The notes beneath the pieces are model-generated. The model did no database searches. It was given only the letters and a program-made list of their open reading frames with translations, and was not told the DNA's origin. A stretch of DNA of 55,695 bases from an uncultured Gammaproteobacteria bacterium (lineage in GTDB: Bacteria > Cyanobacteriota > Vampirovibrionia > LMEP-6097): assembly GCA_964551925.1 (NCBI GenBank), contig CAZKFA010000007.1, positions 1-55,695 on the forward strand, given 5' to 3'. How positions within the stretch are numbered: position 1 is the first letter of the stretch; every line of letters begins with the position of its first letter. The position numbers were made by a program, and so were the translations under genes. This document shows positions 9,361-19,686 of this stretch, piece after piece.

Positions 9361-10041
9361 TTAAACAAGTTTTGCAATAACCATACCAATTAAAGCATTG
9401 GTCAGAATAATTTCCTCATTCTCTAATAAATCTTTTTTACTTACAGTTACTTCTTGAGCGCCTAATAACTTTATTACTTTTTGTCGCATAGTACCCGCTA
9501 TTAGATTGGATTCCAGGCTTGGGGTTATCCATTGACCGTTAGAATTCTTAATAAAAATATTAGTGAAACTACCTTCGCAAACCTCCTGCCGCTCATTGGT
9601 CCAAATTAATTCATCACAAAAATATCGCAAAAAATATTGCGAGAAATCTTCCCTAGGCAAGAATTTATATCTCCATTGTCTGTCAGAAGAATTGATATGA
9701 AATTCATTAGTTGACAGCAGCTTTATGGTAAAAGCTTTGTTCAAAGATCTAGGATAGGGCTGGAACCTTGTCTCAAAGTGAGTTCTATGCAGAAGTAAGC
9801 GCAATTTAAATATTTTTTGTCTGGTCTTGTTACCAGGTATGTCATTTACTTCTATGACTTGATGATCTGGGAAAAAATCCTGAACGGCTTCCAAAACCTC
9901 AGCTTCGCTGCAGCAAGAAGAGAAGTTTAACTCCTTTGCACTGAGTTTGAGCCTTGATAAATGATTCGTAAGGTTATAGATGGCAACCTGTTCACCAGAC
10001 ACTTCTAATCGGATACTTTCTATTAAGCTGTTTATTATCAT
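9361..10041 (-). CDS. pabC: aminotransferase class IV family protein, probable aminodeoxychorismate lyase
   Basis: 226-aa ORF overlapping the pabB stop by 4 nt. The C-terminal half (GSFTNIFIKN, LIAGTMRQKVI, ILTNALIGMV) resembles the class IV fold. Assignment rests largely on context. Confidence 0.55.
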   Translation of the reverse strand: MIINSLIESIRLEVSGEQVAIYNLTNHLSRLKLSAKELNFSSCCSEAEVLEAVQDFFPDHQVIEVNDIPGNKTRQKIFKLRLLLHRTHFETRFQPYPRSLNKAFTIKLLSTNEFHINSSDRQWRYKFLPREDFSQYFLRYFCDELIWTNERQEVCEGSFTNIFIKNSNGQWITPSLESNLIAGTMRQKVIKLLGAQEVTVSKKDLLENEEIILTNALIGMVIAKLV

Positions 10042-11156
10042 GAAAATACCTCAAGAATTTTTTGTGCTTTAAGCAAAGTCTCCTGATATTCTTTCTCAGG
10101 ATCTGAATAAGCTGTGATCCCAGCGCCGCTATGTAATGATAACTCTCCTGATGTTTTATCTAAGACTAGTGTCCTAATAAGAATACTAAACTCACCACCA
10201 TCTTTAAATCTAAAATAACCCATAGCTCCAGTATAAGGCCCTCTAGGATTGGCTTCTAGCTCTTTGATTATCTCCATTGCTCGGATCTTTGGTGCGCCAG
10301 TAATAGATCCTCCAGGAAACAAGCTAGAAAAAATTTTACTAAAATTTAATTCTACTAATAACCCCTCAACGACTGAGACTAAGTGATAAAGATTGCTAAA
10401 TTTATGTGCACCCAACATCTCTAGTACATTAACGGAACCAGTTTTACAGATTTTGCTAAGGTCATTGCGAATAAGATCGACAATCATTATATGCTCAGCT
10501 TTTTCTTTGGCTGATAAAGTTAGATCTCTAAGCTCGTTTAGAGTAGCAGTGCCTTTAATGGGAGAGCTTGTAATATGCCAGTCGCTATTGTTGCGATAGA
10601 TCTTGATAAAAGATTCTGGCGAGCTACTGATAATTTGATAGCGGGAATAGTCCATGAACCCCATATAAGGAGCGGGGTTGAGCGATTTCAGTTTATGATA
10701 AATTTCTTTGCCTGAGTTTTTTGATTCTATGATGAACTTATGTGCGAGATTGGCTTGATAGACATCGCCTTCTTTTATATATTCTTGACAACGTTTGACA
10801 TTGTTAATAAAGTTTTGAGCGTCAGGCTGCTGAATAGAGCCTGTTACGACAATGTCTTCATAAGAAGGAGTGAGGTTTTTATTGAGAATTTTTTCAAAGA
10901 TTACCCACTCCATATCGCCTTCATAGCTGATATATCCAGCAAAGCCCGCATCTCTTTCTAACAAAGCCTGATTGTCCTTGATAAAGTTATCTAGCTCCTC
11001 AAAGCTATAACAAACCTTAATCGGATTCACCCCTGTAATTGAATTATAGGAGGAGCCCAGAGTTTCAAAAATAAAACTATGCTCGCGTGCGATAGATTCT
11101 GATGCTTGGGGTGCCAGAGAATTGAGGGGCGTTGATAATGCTTTTGTGGATTTCAA
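10038..11156 (-). CDS. pabB: aminodeoxychorismate synthase component I (chorismate-binding enzyme)
   Basis: 372-aa ORF with PGGSITGAPKIRAMEII, PRGPYTGAMGYF and GAGITAYSDPEKEYQE motifs. No ATG, GTG or TTG start lies downstream of the folB stop, so the 80-nt overlap stands. Confidence 0.8.
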   Translation of the reverse strand: MKSTKALSTPLNSLAPQASESIAREHSFIFETLGSSYNSITGVNPIKVCYSFEELDNFIKDNQALLERDAGFAGYISYEGDMEWVIFEKILNKNLTPSYEDIVVTGSIQQPDAQNFINNVKRCQEYIKEGDVYQANLAHKFIIESKNSGKEIYHKLKSLNPAPYMGFMDYSRYQIISSSPESFIKIYRNNSDWHITSSPIKGTATLNELRDLTLSAKEKAEHIMIVDLIRNDLSKICKTGSVNVLEMLGAHKFSNLYHLVSVVEGLLVELNFSKIFSSLFPGGSITGAPKIRAMEIIKELEANPRGPYTGAMGYFRFKDGGEFSILIRTLVLDKTSGELSLHSGAGITAYSDPEKEYQETLLKAQKILEVFS

Positions 11157-11442
11157 TTTTTACAGCTTCTATTTTATCAAATTCACTAAAGAGCTTATCT
11201 ATGATTGTTGTAGCCAGCTCTTCGACAAGGGGATAGATTTTGGCTTGAGCGACCTGCCTTACTAGAATAGCAGCTTCAACGTAATTGATAGTATCTTCTA
11301 TATTATTAGAATACCCAGCTTTACCCAGGTCTAGCTCAAGCTCAAGATCTACATAGACGGCTTGTCCTAATATCAATTCTTCTTCGTAAATTCCAAGCTT
11401 AGTATTAGCTTGGACTCCACGTATTATAACGGCGTCTCTCAT
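11077..11442 (-). CDS. folB: dihydroneopterin aldolase
   Basis: 121-aa ORF. IIRGVQANTKLGIYEEELILGQAVYVDLELELD is a typical FolB N-terminus. Confidence 0.85.
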   Translation of the reverse strand: MRDAVIIRGVQANTKLGIYEEELILGQAVYVDLELELDLGKAGYSNNIEDTINYVEAAILVRQVAQAKIYPLVEELATTIIDKLFSEFDKIEAVKIEIHKSIINAPQFSGTPSIRIYRTRA

Positions 11443-12011
11443 TTGCTAGTAATTTCAGATTTGATGCGTTTAATTCTTTGCGAGAATTCAACGGTCATTT
11501 CTTGTGATCTACGTAGGTCTTCTTGAGAAGCTTTGAAGCGATTCTCTACTTCTCTGTGAGCGTCTTCAAGAGCTTGAATCTTTGCTTTGAAGTCTTCTTC
11601 TAACTTTTGCTCGTTAATTTTAGCCGAATCAACTTCTGTGCTAATAGACTGTTCTTTTAACCGAGTGACTTCCTGCTCATAGAATCTAATTCTGTCGCGC
11701 AACTCACTAGATTCTTTGCCACTGCGTTCAAACTGTTCTTCCAGTTTTTTGATTACGCTAGCTTTGTCATTAAGATGATTTTGCAATTTACTAACCATGC
11801 CGTTATCATCAGCACCAATCTTTTTGAGTTGATTCAATGCCTTACTAATATGAGACTGTACTTGCTGTAAGTTATTGGTTTCTTTGTTGCTAAACAAGCG
11901 TACAAAAAAGCTGCGCTTAGTGTTAATCTCTTGTAAAACCTCTCTCTGAGCGTTTTCAAGTAATTCTCGAGTTTCATTTACTATAGAATTGTGATTATTA
12001 TTGGTTGACAT
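11439..12011 (-). CDS. hypothetical coiled-coil protein
   Basis: 190-aa ORF, strongly charged with heptad-like sequence. Overlaps neighbours at both ends (operon rpsA-x-folB-pabB-pabC). Confidence 0.55.
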   Translation of the reverse strand: MSTNNNHNSIVNETRELLENAQREVLQEINTKRSFFVRLFSNKETNNLQQVQSHISKALNQLKKIGADDNGMVSKLQNHLNDKASVIKKLEEQFERSGKESSELRDRIRFYEQEVTRLKEQSISTEVDSAKINEQKLEEDFKAKIQALEDAHREVENRFKASQEDLRRSQEMTVEFSQRIKRIKSEITSK

Positions 12012-13131
12012 GTTCTAACTCCTTTGTGTCATTAATTAATGAGCTGATTAAGAGGGGATCTGTTATTTCCTCTATTTTTGGTTCCAGGTCGTTGTTGAAT
12101 TTGACACCCATCCGTCTTTTCTCGGCATCAATGTTAACAACAGTTACGTTAATAGTAGAATCAATCTCAGGTGCTGTGTCATTGATAAATTGAGATTTAT
12201 GCAATAGAGCCTCTATGCCTGGTAATACTTCTACGAAAGCACCAAACTCAGCATGGCTAACTACTTTAACGGCTCTAGAGAAACCAGGTGCTATTTCCAA
12301 CGTCGTCCATGGATCCGCGGACATTTGCTTGAGACTGAGAGCGATTTTTTGTTTATCAGTATCAATTCTAAAAACCTTAGCTTGAACAGTTTGCCCAACC
12401 TGAACAATTTCAGAGGCTTGTTTGAAACGACGCCAAGCAAGTTCAGAGTAAGGAATAAGAGCATCAAAACTACCAAGATCGACAAAGACCCCAAAAGCAG
12501 TCAAGCGTACGACTTTACCTTCGATGACTCGTCCCAGTTCAAGAGAAGCTAAGACTTCTTTTGCTCTAGCTGCCTTTAGTTCTTCAGATATAACTTTATT
12601 GTTTAATATGATTTTATTTTTCGATTGATCAAGTTCGTGAATTCTTGCTGGGATCTTCGTTCCTAGCCAATCTTCGCGCTTTTCGTTACGCAAACCTTCT
12701 TGTTGATTATCCAAATAACCAAAAGGAATAAAAGCAATTTGTTTTGTCTGAGGGATTAAAGCCTCGACACCGCTTTTAAGTATTTTAGTAATAGAGACTT
12801 CTAAATCTTGGTTTTGTAGAGAGATTAAACTTTCCCATTTACCAGCTTCTTCAAGTTGTTTGATCGAAGCTTTAAATACACCACTTGCGTTACGATCTTC
12901 TTGTACTACAAAAATTTCGATACTATCACCAACTTGATATTCATCACGACTTCTGTCGCCAAGTTCATTGTTTGCTACATGAGCTTCGTAGCATTTATTA
13001 ATGTCAAGGTAGAGTCCTTGGGAGTTTTTGGCCAGTATAGTTGCTTTAACTATAGATTTGTTTTCTGGCTTACTTTCTTTGCGCTCTAGTATTATTGCTG
13101 CTTCCTGGTCTACTGTTGATTTATTTGACAT
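11998..13131 (-). CDS. rpsA: 30S ribosomal protein S1-like (multiple S1 RNA-binding domains)
   Basis: 377-aa ORF with repeated S1 domains (GRVIEGKVVRLTAFGVFVDLG, VQAKVFRIDTDKQKIALSLKQ, AVKVVSHAEFGAFVEV). GGAG Shine-Dalgarno lies upstream. Confidence 0.8.
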   Translation of the reverse strand: MSNKSTVDQEAAIILERKESKPENKSIVKATILAKNSQGLYLDINKCYEAHVANNELGDRSRDEYQVGDSIEIFVVQEDRNASGVFKASIKQLEEAGKWESLISLQNQDLEVSITKILKSGVEALIPQTKQIAFIPFGYLDNQQEGLRNEKREDWLGTKIPARIHELDQSKNKIILNNKVISEELKAARAKEVLASLELGRVIEGKVVRLTAFGVFVDLGSFDALIPYSELAWRRFKQASEIVQVGQTVQAKVFRIDTDKQKIALSLKQMSADPWTTLEIAPGFSRAVKVVSHAEFGAFVEVLPGIEALLHKSQFINDTAPEIDSTINVTVVNIDAEKRRMGVKFNNDLEPKIEEITDPLLISSLINDTKELEHVNQ

Positions 13132-13258
13132 TAATTTCTCCGTTGTATGAACAATGTAGTCCTCTAATCCAGATCTACCAGATTGAGACTACTCCAAATT
13201 ATATATGCCCCTCTATTTAGCATTGTATCACAATTTAAGGTTTTCTTTATAATTATAA

Positions 13259-13693
13259 TTAGGCTTTAATGTTTTGGAAGTAAAAGCGCGAGGCAAGTGC
13301 TAAGGCTAAAGCCACGCCTAAGTAAAGAAAAGGTAGTAAATTGAAAGGATCGCAACCAAGGTCGCGCAAATATCTTAAACCGAAGCCTAGTCCAATCATT
13401 CCAAGAATAAGTACAACGCCTTTGACCCCAAACATTTTAGCCCAGCCAAAGCAATAATTTATTGGAGTATTTGCTAATTCGTGGATATTCTCTAATTTGC
13501 GGCAAACAGCTTTTTTGAGAACAGTATTTGATTTACCAACGCCAATTGCTACGGATATTAATAATAAAGCCAAATGCCAATCTGGATTCTGAAAATAATT
13601 ATCCATCCAGCTTAATGCTCTAGTTGCAATACGGAGACCAACTAGGATCCACATTAAACCAGCAATTATTAATGAAAAATTTTTAGCGCTCAT
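13259..13693 (-). CDS. hypothetical integral membrane protein
   Basis: ORF-track start 13810 would overlap the divergent pfp gene. The internal ATG at 13693 (MSAKNFSLIIAGLMW) is preceded by TGcTATAAA 6 nt upstream. Four predicted TM helices. Confidence 0.55.
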   Translation of the reverse strand: MSAKNFSLIIAGLMWILVGLRIATRALSWMDNYFQNPDWHLALLLISVAIGVGKSNTVLKKAVCRKLENIHELANTPINYCFGWAKMFGVKGVVLILGMIGLGFGLRYLRDLGCDPFNLLPFLYLGVALALALASRFYFQNIKA

Positions 13694-13699
13694 GTTTCT

Positions 13700-13708
13700 T
13701 TTATAGCA
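13700..13708 (-). promoter_or_regulatory. extended -10 TGcTATAAA, 6 nt upstream of the ATG at 13693
   Basis: Back-to-back with the pfp -10 box. Confidence 0.45.
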
Positions 13709-13711
13709 CGC

Positions 13712-13717
13712 TACAAT
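13712..13717 (+). promoter_or_regulatory. -10 box TACAAT, 7 nt upstream of the pfp ATG
   Basis: 5/6 match. No Shine-Dalgarno. Confidence 0.45.
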
Positions 13718-13724
13718 TAACCAT

Positions 13725-14780
13725 ATGGTGAAAAGAATTGGTGTATTAACAGGTGGTGGGGATTGTCCGGGTTTGAATGCGGTGATCAGAGGTTTATTGT
13801 ACAAAGCCACAAAAGAATATGGTTATGAAGTCGTTGGTATTAAATATGGCTGGAAAGGTGCTATTGAGAATATCACCACTGAGATTAATCTTGAGAACAC
13901 CGAAGATATAGTCCGCGAAGGCGGTACTATTCTCAAATCTTCTAGAACAAACCCTTACAAAATTGAAAATGGTCCAGAGAAAGTAGTTGAAACTATGAAA
14001 GCCTTGAGATTAGATGCTTTAGTGGCAATTGGTGGCGAGGATACCTGTGGCGTGGCTTCTAAGCTTTATCGCGATAAAAAAATTAATGTTATTGGTGTAC
14101 CAAAAACGATTGATAATGATCTCTCTGGTACTGATGTAACTTTTGGTTTTGATACTTGCGTTAATATCGCAACTGAGATGATTGATAATCTGCATACTAC
14201 GGCTAAGTCGCACGAGCGCGTGCTTGTCTGTGAAGTGATGGGGCGTCACGCTGGTTGGATCGCAAGTTTTGCTGGTATTGCTGGAAATGCTGACTATATC
14301 TTAGTTCCAGAGCAAGAAGTTGATGTAAATGAACTTTGTCAAGTAGTCAAAGATGCTTATGATTGCCAAGATTACGCTATTGTTGTCGCTGCTGAAGGTG
14401 CGAAACTTGGTGGCATAGATGTAACGAAAGATGCGGAGCTAGATGCTTTTGGGCATGTGAAGCTTGGTGGTATTGGTGAAAGGCTTGCTGAGATTATTGA
14501 AGAGAAGACTGGCTGTGAAACTCGCTCTACCGTACTTGGTCATATCCAGCGTGGTGGCAGACCATCAGCTTTTGATAGAGTTTTGGGTACGCGTCTTGGT
14601 TGCAAAGCTGCTGATATGATTGCAGTTGGCGAGTGGGGCAAGATGGCTGCCATTATTGGCAATAAGACAGAGTCTGTGCCATTAGAAGTTGCCGTAGGCT
14701 CTTTGAAAACTCTTGATATGAGTATCCACAAAGACTCTAAGCTATTTTTTGGTGCCAATAAACTTAAAGCTCGTTGCTAA
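13725..14780 (+). CDS. pfp: 6-phosphofructokinase, PPi-dependent-type signature
   Basis: 351-aa ORF with GVLTGGGDCPGLNAVIRG. GGED replaces GGDG and PKTIDND replaces PGTIDND, the acidic+Lys pair associated with PPi-dependent enzymes. Confidence 0.8.
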   Translation: MVKRIGVLTGGGDCPGLNAVIRGLLYKATKEYGYEVVGIKYGWKGAIENITTEINLENTEDIVREGGTILKSSRTNPYKIENGPEKVVETMKALRLDALVAIGGEDTCGVASKLYRDKKINVIGVPKTIDNDLSGTDVTFGFDTCVNIATEMIDNLHTTAKSHERVLVCEVMGRHAGWIASFAGIAGNADYILVPEQEVDVNELCQVVKDAYDCQDYAIVVAAEGAKLGGIDVTKDAELDAFGHVKLGGIGERLAEIIEEKTGCETRSTVLGHIQRGGRPSAFDRVLGTRLGCKAADMIAVGEWGKMAAIIGNKTESVPLEVAVGSLKTLDMSIHKDSKLFFGANKLKARC

Positions 14781-14879
14781 AATTTAAATATTACTAGACG
14801 CTTTTGCTGTTAATATCTATAGCTTAATGGGCTTCGTTTTAGATCTGATTTTTCATAGAGGATTGCGTTAGGCGCGTTG

Positions 14880-16304
14880 ATGTTGGATTTGCAACTAAGA
14901 CCTAATTTAAATCTTGTTGGTAATAATTCCGTTGCAATTTCTCGTCCATCTTTAACTAAGATAAATATAAAAGAATTGGTTGCCCAAGCTCAGGAAGAAG
15001 CTTTGACTGCAGCGTATAAACCTAATACATGGCTTGCTAAATTGATGGATTATTCCAAAGTAGTTTTTCCTAGAGAGTCTACTTATAGGGGCTTTGTTAG
15101 TATTTTTGCTGATGATTTACCTACTCTTCTTGCTGAAGCTTTCCGTGGCAGCAAAGCCTTTGTAGAAGCGCTTTTCAAGGAAGCCGCAACAACGGCAGCG
15201 GTGTTTGTTTCACCGATTATAACCAAGATTATTGCTGCAGCTAAAGCCAAAGGAATTTTTGGTGACTATGGAGTAGAGAATCTTTCTAATTTAATGCTTT
15301 TCTCGCGTGAGGATCTTGAGACTCTTGAAAATTTTGATAAGGCAAGAGAGAAAATAGTTGCGCATGAAATTCAAGATCAAATGAATTTGATTAAATTTCA
15401 TGGAGTCGACTCAGTTAAGGCCAAAGAATGTATCGCTAACGCGGAGAAGATGCAGAAATTTATGGGTGATTATCAAGCTACAGAAAGCTTACGCCAACAG
15501 CTTCTTAAGCTAAAGGATGAAACAATAATTACTCAATCTTGGGTTGAAAGTGCTTTCTGGGGAGGTATCCCCTTCTTGGTGCGCTTGTTTCGCAAATATG
15601 GTTTGGGAGTGGATCGTTTTGTTGGCTCAATTAATTACCTAGATGATAAGAGCGCTGAGAAGCTTGGTAATCAAAAGCATTTCACTTTTAAGCAGATCTT
15701 TGGCACAGTTCTTGGCATAGTTCTTAATCCGTTGCTAGTTGGGCACGTTGTAAAGCAGCCAAGTTCTTCTGAGGCGACTTCTGCAAAAACAAGTTGGCTA
15801 AAAGAACAGCTCGATACTCAACATGGGTTCTATCCAAAATTAGGATTGTTTGTTTCTTTTGGTGAATTGCCCTATATAATTTCTCGATTATTTAATTCAC
15901 AAGATGTATTTGAATTAGTGGAGAATTTCGTTAAGTTCTGTACTAGCAGTGGCTCTTTACTATTTGGTGACAGGATTACTAATGGCTGGCTTGCCAAAAA
16001 AGCGGATAAGGAATTTAGTTTGAAGCATGATTTAGAGCCAGGTACTTTCTATTATAGGGAACCTCAGAATCCTAGTAGTTTATGGTCAACGCTTTGTAAC
16101 AGCTTCCCGGCTGCCGCTAAATTCCAGCATGTGTTAAATAGTATTAAGCACAAGCCTCAGCTTAAACAAGAAGCTAGTGATATTTATCAGAAGACTTTCT
16201 ATAAAGGATTTGGATTACATTCTCTAGGAGCCTTTGCCATAAATACATTTATCAACTGGACTACTAGAGCAAGAGTACAGCGTGCTCTTAAGACGGTTAG
16301 TTAA
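14880..16304 (+). CDS. hypothetical protein with several hydrophobic segments
   Basis: About 474-aa ORF (ATG at 14880, one codon after the TTG used by the track). No recognisable family. Confidence 0.55.
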   Translation: MLDLQLRPNLNLVGNNSVAISRPSLTKINIKELVAQAQEEALTAAYKPNTWLAKLMDYSKVVFPRESTYRGFVSIFADDLPTLLAEAFRGSKAFVEALFKEAATTAAVFVSPIITKIIAAAKAKGIFGDYGVENLSNLMLFSREDLETLENFDKAREKIVAHEIQDQMNLIKFHGVDSVKAKECIANAEKMQKFMGDYQATESLRQQLLKLKDETIITQSWVESAFWGGIPFLVRLFRKYGLGVDRFVGSINYLDDKSAEKLGNQKHFTFKQIFGTVLGIVLNPLLVGHVVKQPSSSEATSAKTSWLKEQLDTQHGFYPKLGLFVSFGELPYIISRLFNSQDVFELVENFVKFCTSSGSLLFGDRITNGWLAKKADKEFSLKHDLEPGTFYYREPQNPSSLWSTLCNSFPAAAKFQHVLNSIKHKPQLKQEASDIYQKTFYKGFGLHSLGAFAINTFINWTTRARVQRALKTVS

Positions 16305-16764
16305 TCATTGCTAAAATTTCTTTCCATTCTTGCTCTAATACTGGCTGGACTGATAACCTTGAGCCCGGTTGTACTAAAGTCATTTTTTTAAGTTTATGGT
16401 TTGATTTTATCTGCTCTAAAGTCAAAGGCGATTTGAACTTCTTGATTAATTTGACATCTACCAGAAACCATCTTGGCTTGTCTGATGAACTTTTTGGGTC
16501 ATAATATTGAGACTTAGGGTCAAATTGTGTTGGATCTGGATATGCTGTTACTGAGCTGATTTCAGCGATACCTGCGATATGAGGACTAGGCTTGGCATTG
16601 GAATGATAGAAAAAAACTTTATCACCCTTAGACATTTCTTTATGCATAATATTGCGCGCTTGATAATTGCGCACCCCGTCCCACATAGAGGTTTGTTTGG
16701 GGCAGCGAGCTAGATCGTCAATAGAAAAAGCGTCGGGTTCTGATTTCATTAACCAATATTTCAT
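16297..16764 (-). CDS. EVE domain (PUA-like) protein
   Basis: 155-aa ORF. MKYWLMKSEPDAFSIDDL, WDGVRNYQARN and GDKVFFYHSN are typical of the EVE/Thy28 family. Confidence 0.8.
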   Translation of the reverse strand: MKYWLMKSEPDAFSIDDLARCPKQTSMWDGVRNYQARNIMHKEMSKGDKVFFYHSNAKPSPHIAGIAEISSVTAYPDPTQFDPKSQYYDPKSSSDKPRWFLVDVKLIKKFKSPLTLEQIKSNHKLKKMTLVQPGSRLSVQPVLEQEWKEILAMIN

Positions 16765-17675
16765 AAGTCAACTAAGCATAGTGTGTCATTTTGTACTGCG
16801 ATAGATTTAAGACTTGCCCCAGTTAAAATAGAGTCAATCGCCATGATTGCCATGTTGTGGGCAAGTATTCTATCCCGCGCTGTTGGGCTGCCTCCGCGCT
16901 GTGTATGACCTAAGACACAGACTCTGAAATTTAACAAAGGAATATTTTTTTCTTTACAGTGTAAATTTATTTTCTCGGCAATCTCATAAGCACCACCTAG
17001 TTCATCGCCTTCTGCAACAACTATAATATTATGTCCTTTGGTTTTTAGAGCTTTGACGATATCTACTATTTTACTTTCAGTCTCTGGTACTAAGATGCAA
17101 GTCGCGCCAGAAGCGATACCTACAGCTGTAGCAATATCACCAGAGTGCCGTCCCATAACTTCAACTATAAAATGTAAATTATGAGAGTCGCCAGTATCTC
17201 TTAATTTATCAACAGCAGCGATACCGGTGTTAATCGCTGTATCAAAACCAATAGTATAATCGGTTCCAGCGACATCATTGTCAATAGTGCCCGGTGTGCC
17301 TATTACTTGTCCCTGCCATTGTCCATCGACCGGATTAGCAAGTGCTTTCAAGCCTGCGTAGCTACCGTCTCCTCCACAACAAATTAGGGCTTTGATCCCG
17401 AGTGCATTAAGATTATTTGCTGCTTTAACTCTACCAGCCACAGTCATGAACTCCGCTGAGCGAGAGGTTTTGAGTATAGTGCCCCCTCGTTGAATAATAT
17501 TAGCCACCGAGTCATAGTTCATTTCTTGCAGATTATTTTCTATAAGACCCTGATAGCCTCCATGGATACCATAAATTTGGCAACGTTTACTTAATCCATA
17601 GCGAACTAAGGTTCTGATATGAGCATTCATCCCTGGTGAATCACCACCGCTGGTCATTATGGCAATTTTTTTCAT
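16761..17675 (-). CDS. pfkA: ATP-dependent 6-phosphofructokinase
   Basis: 304-aa ORF with IAIMTSGGDSPGMNAHIR, GGDGSYAG and PGTIDNDV, the Gly/Gly signature of ATP-dependent enzymes. Confidence 0.9.
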   Translation of the reverse strand: MKKIAIMTSGGDSPGMNAHIRTLVRYGLSKRCQIYGIHGGYQGLIENNLQEMNYDSVANIIQRGGTILKTSRSAEFMTVAGRVKAANNLNALGIKALICCGGDGSYAGLKALANPVDGQWQGQVIGTPGTIDNDVAGTDYTIGFDTAINTGIAAVDKLRDTGDSHNLHFIVEVMGRHSGDIATAVGIASGATCILVPETESKIVDIVKALKTKGHNIIVVAEGDELGGAYEIAEKINLHCKEKNIPLLNFRVCVLGHTQRGGSPTARDRILAHNMAIMAIDSILTGASLKSIAVQNDTLCLVDL

Positions 17676-19219
17676 GCGAGGTTCAAGGCTTCTTGTTTAT
17701 GTTCTATTAACATAGCCTTCTGTTTATCAGTAGTAATTATATCCCAAGGATAATTCTCTTGTTGCCAGTTCTCAAAAACACAATGTTTATAGTCCTCTGG
17801 GCGAGCAAGTTTACGATAAATATTAAAGCCAGTGTCACCAGACTGAAAAGCGCGCAATAAAATATCATTAGTGCTGCGATCGCCCCTACTAATGAGAGCC
17901 TGTACTTGAGCCCATTTAAAGCTCTCAGCTCGAACTTCTATTCCAAGCGGTTTGAGTGCTTTCGTTAAGGTTTTGACCTTATGCTCAGCATTCTTATCAA
18001 TACCATAATCTTGGAAAGGAGTCTGCGCTTTGGGAGTGAAAATACTACAGCCCCAAGTGATTTTCAATTTAGGGCTTTGTTTTTTGAGCTTACCAAGCAA
18101 TTCAATGGTTAATTCTATATCCTCGTCAGTCTCATGCGGCAATCCGACCATACCATAAAGTTTTAGAGATCTAATCCCTGCTTTAGCAGCAAACCGGGCG
18201 GCACTAAAAATATATTCTTCTGGTAGTTTTTTGTTGATAATGTTTCTGAGTCTCTCTGAACCAGATTCAATCGCGATAGTGAGGTTTTTGACACCACACT
18301 TGACTAAGAGCTCGCACATTTCTTGCGTAACGGTACTGGCCCGCACAGAAGCCACTTGTAGTTTGGGTTGTTTGGGATGCTCTGATAAATAATGGAGCAA
18401 GTCTATAAATTCGGGGTGTTGGGTAACACTAGCTCCTAGCAAGCCAAGATTGTTAGTCTGTTCTAATAATTTATCAACCTTAGGTATAAGATCGCTATTA
18501 AGGTCAGGTGTGCGAAAAGGCAAGGAAGCGTAACTCGCTAAGCAAAAACGACAAAGCTCGGGGCAACTTCTAGCTACTTCTAATAATCCAGTATCTTGCC
18601 ATGCTGAGTCAGGTGCAATTACAGAGCTCATTTGCATTTGTTTAGCTGTAGATTTTTGCCGTTCTACTTTATTGTGGAGTTGCGGGACATAGATTCCTGG
18701 TATCTCTGTAAAAATATTTAGATTACGTTTACTTGAAGCCTCTGATGCAAAATAGCTCAGGGATTGCTCTATGATCATATCTGTGTTGTTCTCCGCATCT
18801 CCAATAGCAATAAGATCAAAGAAATCAGCCCAAGGTTCTGGATTAGCAGTGAGTACGGGACCTCCGCCAAGGATTAGAGGATGCTCGCTAGTTCTCTGGC
18901 TTGTTTTAAAAGGGATATTAAGCTGTTTGAAAATTTCGAGTAAATTAAAAAAATCCAACTCCCATGAAATAGAAAAAGTCATTAGATGAAATTCTTTTGG
19001 GTGAATTTCATGAAAATTCGTGAAGTACCTAAATGTATGAGTGCTCTCGTTGCTGGCATAGAGCCTAAAAATACTTTGATAACCTAGGCTTGCCATTGCT
19101 ACTTCATAAGTATTAGGAAAAGCATTTAATACTATCAAAGGCCCGCCACTAGAGCGTTTAAATAAAAAACGTTCTTTACTAAGATCTATCGAAGTATTTT
19201 CGTTATATCTTGACTTCAT
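17672..19219 (-). CDS. radical SAM protein of unknown function (B12-binding-like N-terminal domain)
   Basis: 515-aa ORF with the CxxxCxxC motif SCPELCRFC. Specific function not assignable. Confidence 0.75.
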   Translation of the reverse strand: MKSRYNENTSIDLSKERFLFKRSSGGPLIVLNAFPNTYEVAMASLGYQSIFRLYASNESTHTFRYFTNFHEIHPKEFHLMTFSISWELDFFNLLEIFKQLNIPFKTSQRTSEHPLILGGGPVLTANPEPWADFFDLIAIGDAENNTDMIIEQSLSYFASEASSKRNLNIFTEIPGIYVPQLHNKVERQKSTAKQMQMSSVIAPDSAWQDTGLLEVARSCPELCRFCLASYASLPFRTPDLNSDLIPKVDKLLEQTNNLGLLGASVTQHPEFIDLLHYLSEHPKQPKLQVASVRASTVTQEMCELLVKCGVKNLTIAIESGSERLRNIINKKLPEEYIFSAARFAAKAGIRSLKLYGMVGLPHETDEDIELTIELLGKLKKQSPKLKITWGCSIFTPKAQTPFQDYGIDKNAEHKVKTLTKALKPLGIEVRAESFKWAQVQALISRGDRSTNDILLRAFQSGDTGFNIYRKLARPEDYKHCVFENWQQENYPWDIITTDKQKAMLIEHKQEALNLA

Positions 19220-19686
19220 GCGAGCGAAGAAAAGTCTATACTAGCACTATTGCCTTGGTTGTTGTCTATGAATGCTTTTAACGCTAGTATATAACTTTGT
19301 TCTCCAAAGCCGCAGATTTGCCCTTTGCAAACAGCTACAGTAAGTGATTTATGGCGAAACTCTTCGCGTTTATAAACATTAGAAAGATGAACTTCTATGG
19401 TATCGATCTTGACAGCAGAGATGGCGTCCCTGATCGCAACACTAGTATGAGTATAGGCTGCTGGGTTAATAATAATGCCATTTACTTTGGCTTGTCCAGC
19501 TTCATGAATGCGATTAACTATTTCGCCTTCAACGTTGGATTGAAAGAAATCTATTTCAATATTATGCAGCTCGGCTAATTGTTTAAGATGATTATTGATT
19601 TGCTCCAAGGATACAACTCCATAGGTTTCGGTTTCCCTAGTGCCTAGTAGATTTAAATTAGGTCCATTGATAATTACAATTTTCAT
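19216..19686 (-). CDS. aroQ: type II 3-dehydroquinate dehydratase
   Basis: 156-aa ORF with [18 protein letters not shown] and [11 protein letters not shown] motifs. Confidence 0.92.
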   Translation of the reverse strand: MKIVIINGPNLNLLGTRETETYGVVSLEQINNHLKQLAELHNIEIDFFQSNVEGEIVNRIHEAGQAKVNGIIINPAAYTHTSVAIRDAISAVKIDTIEVHLSNVYKREEFRHKSLTVAVCKGQICGFGEQSYILALKAFIDNNQGNSASIDFSSLA

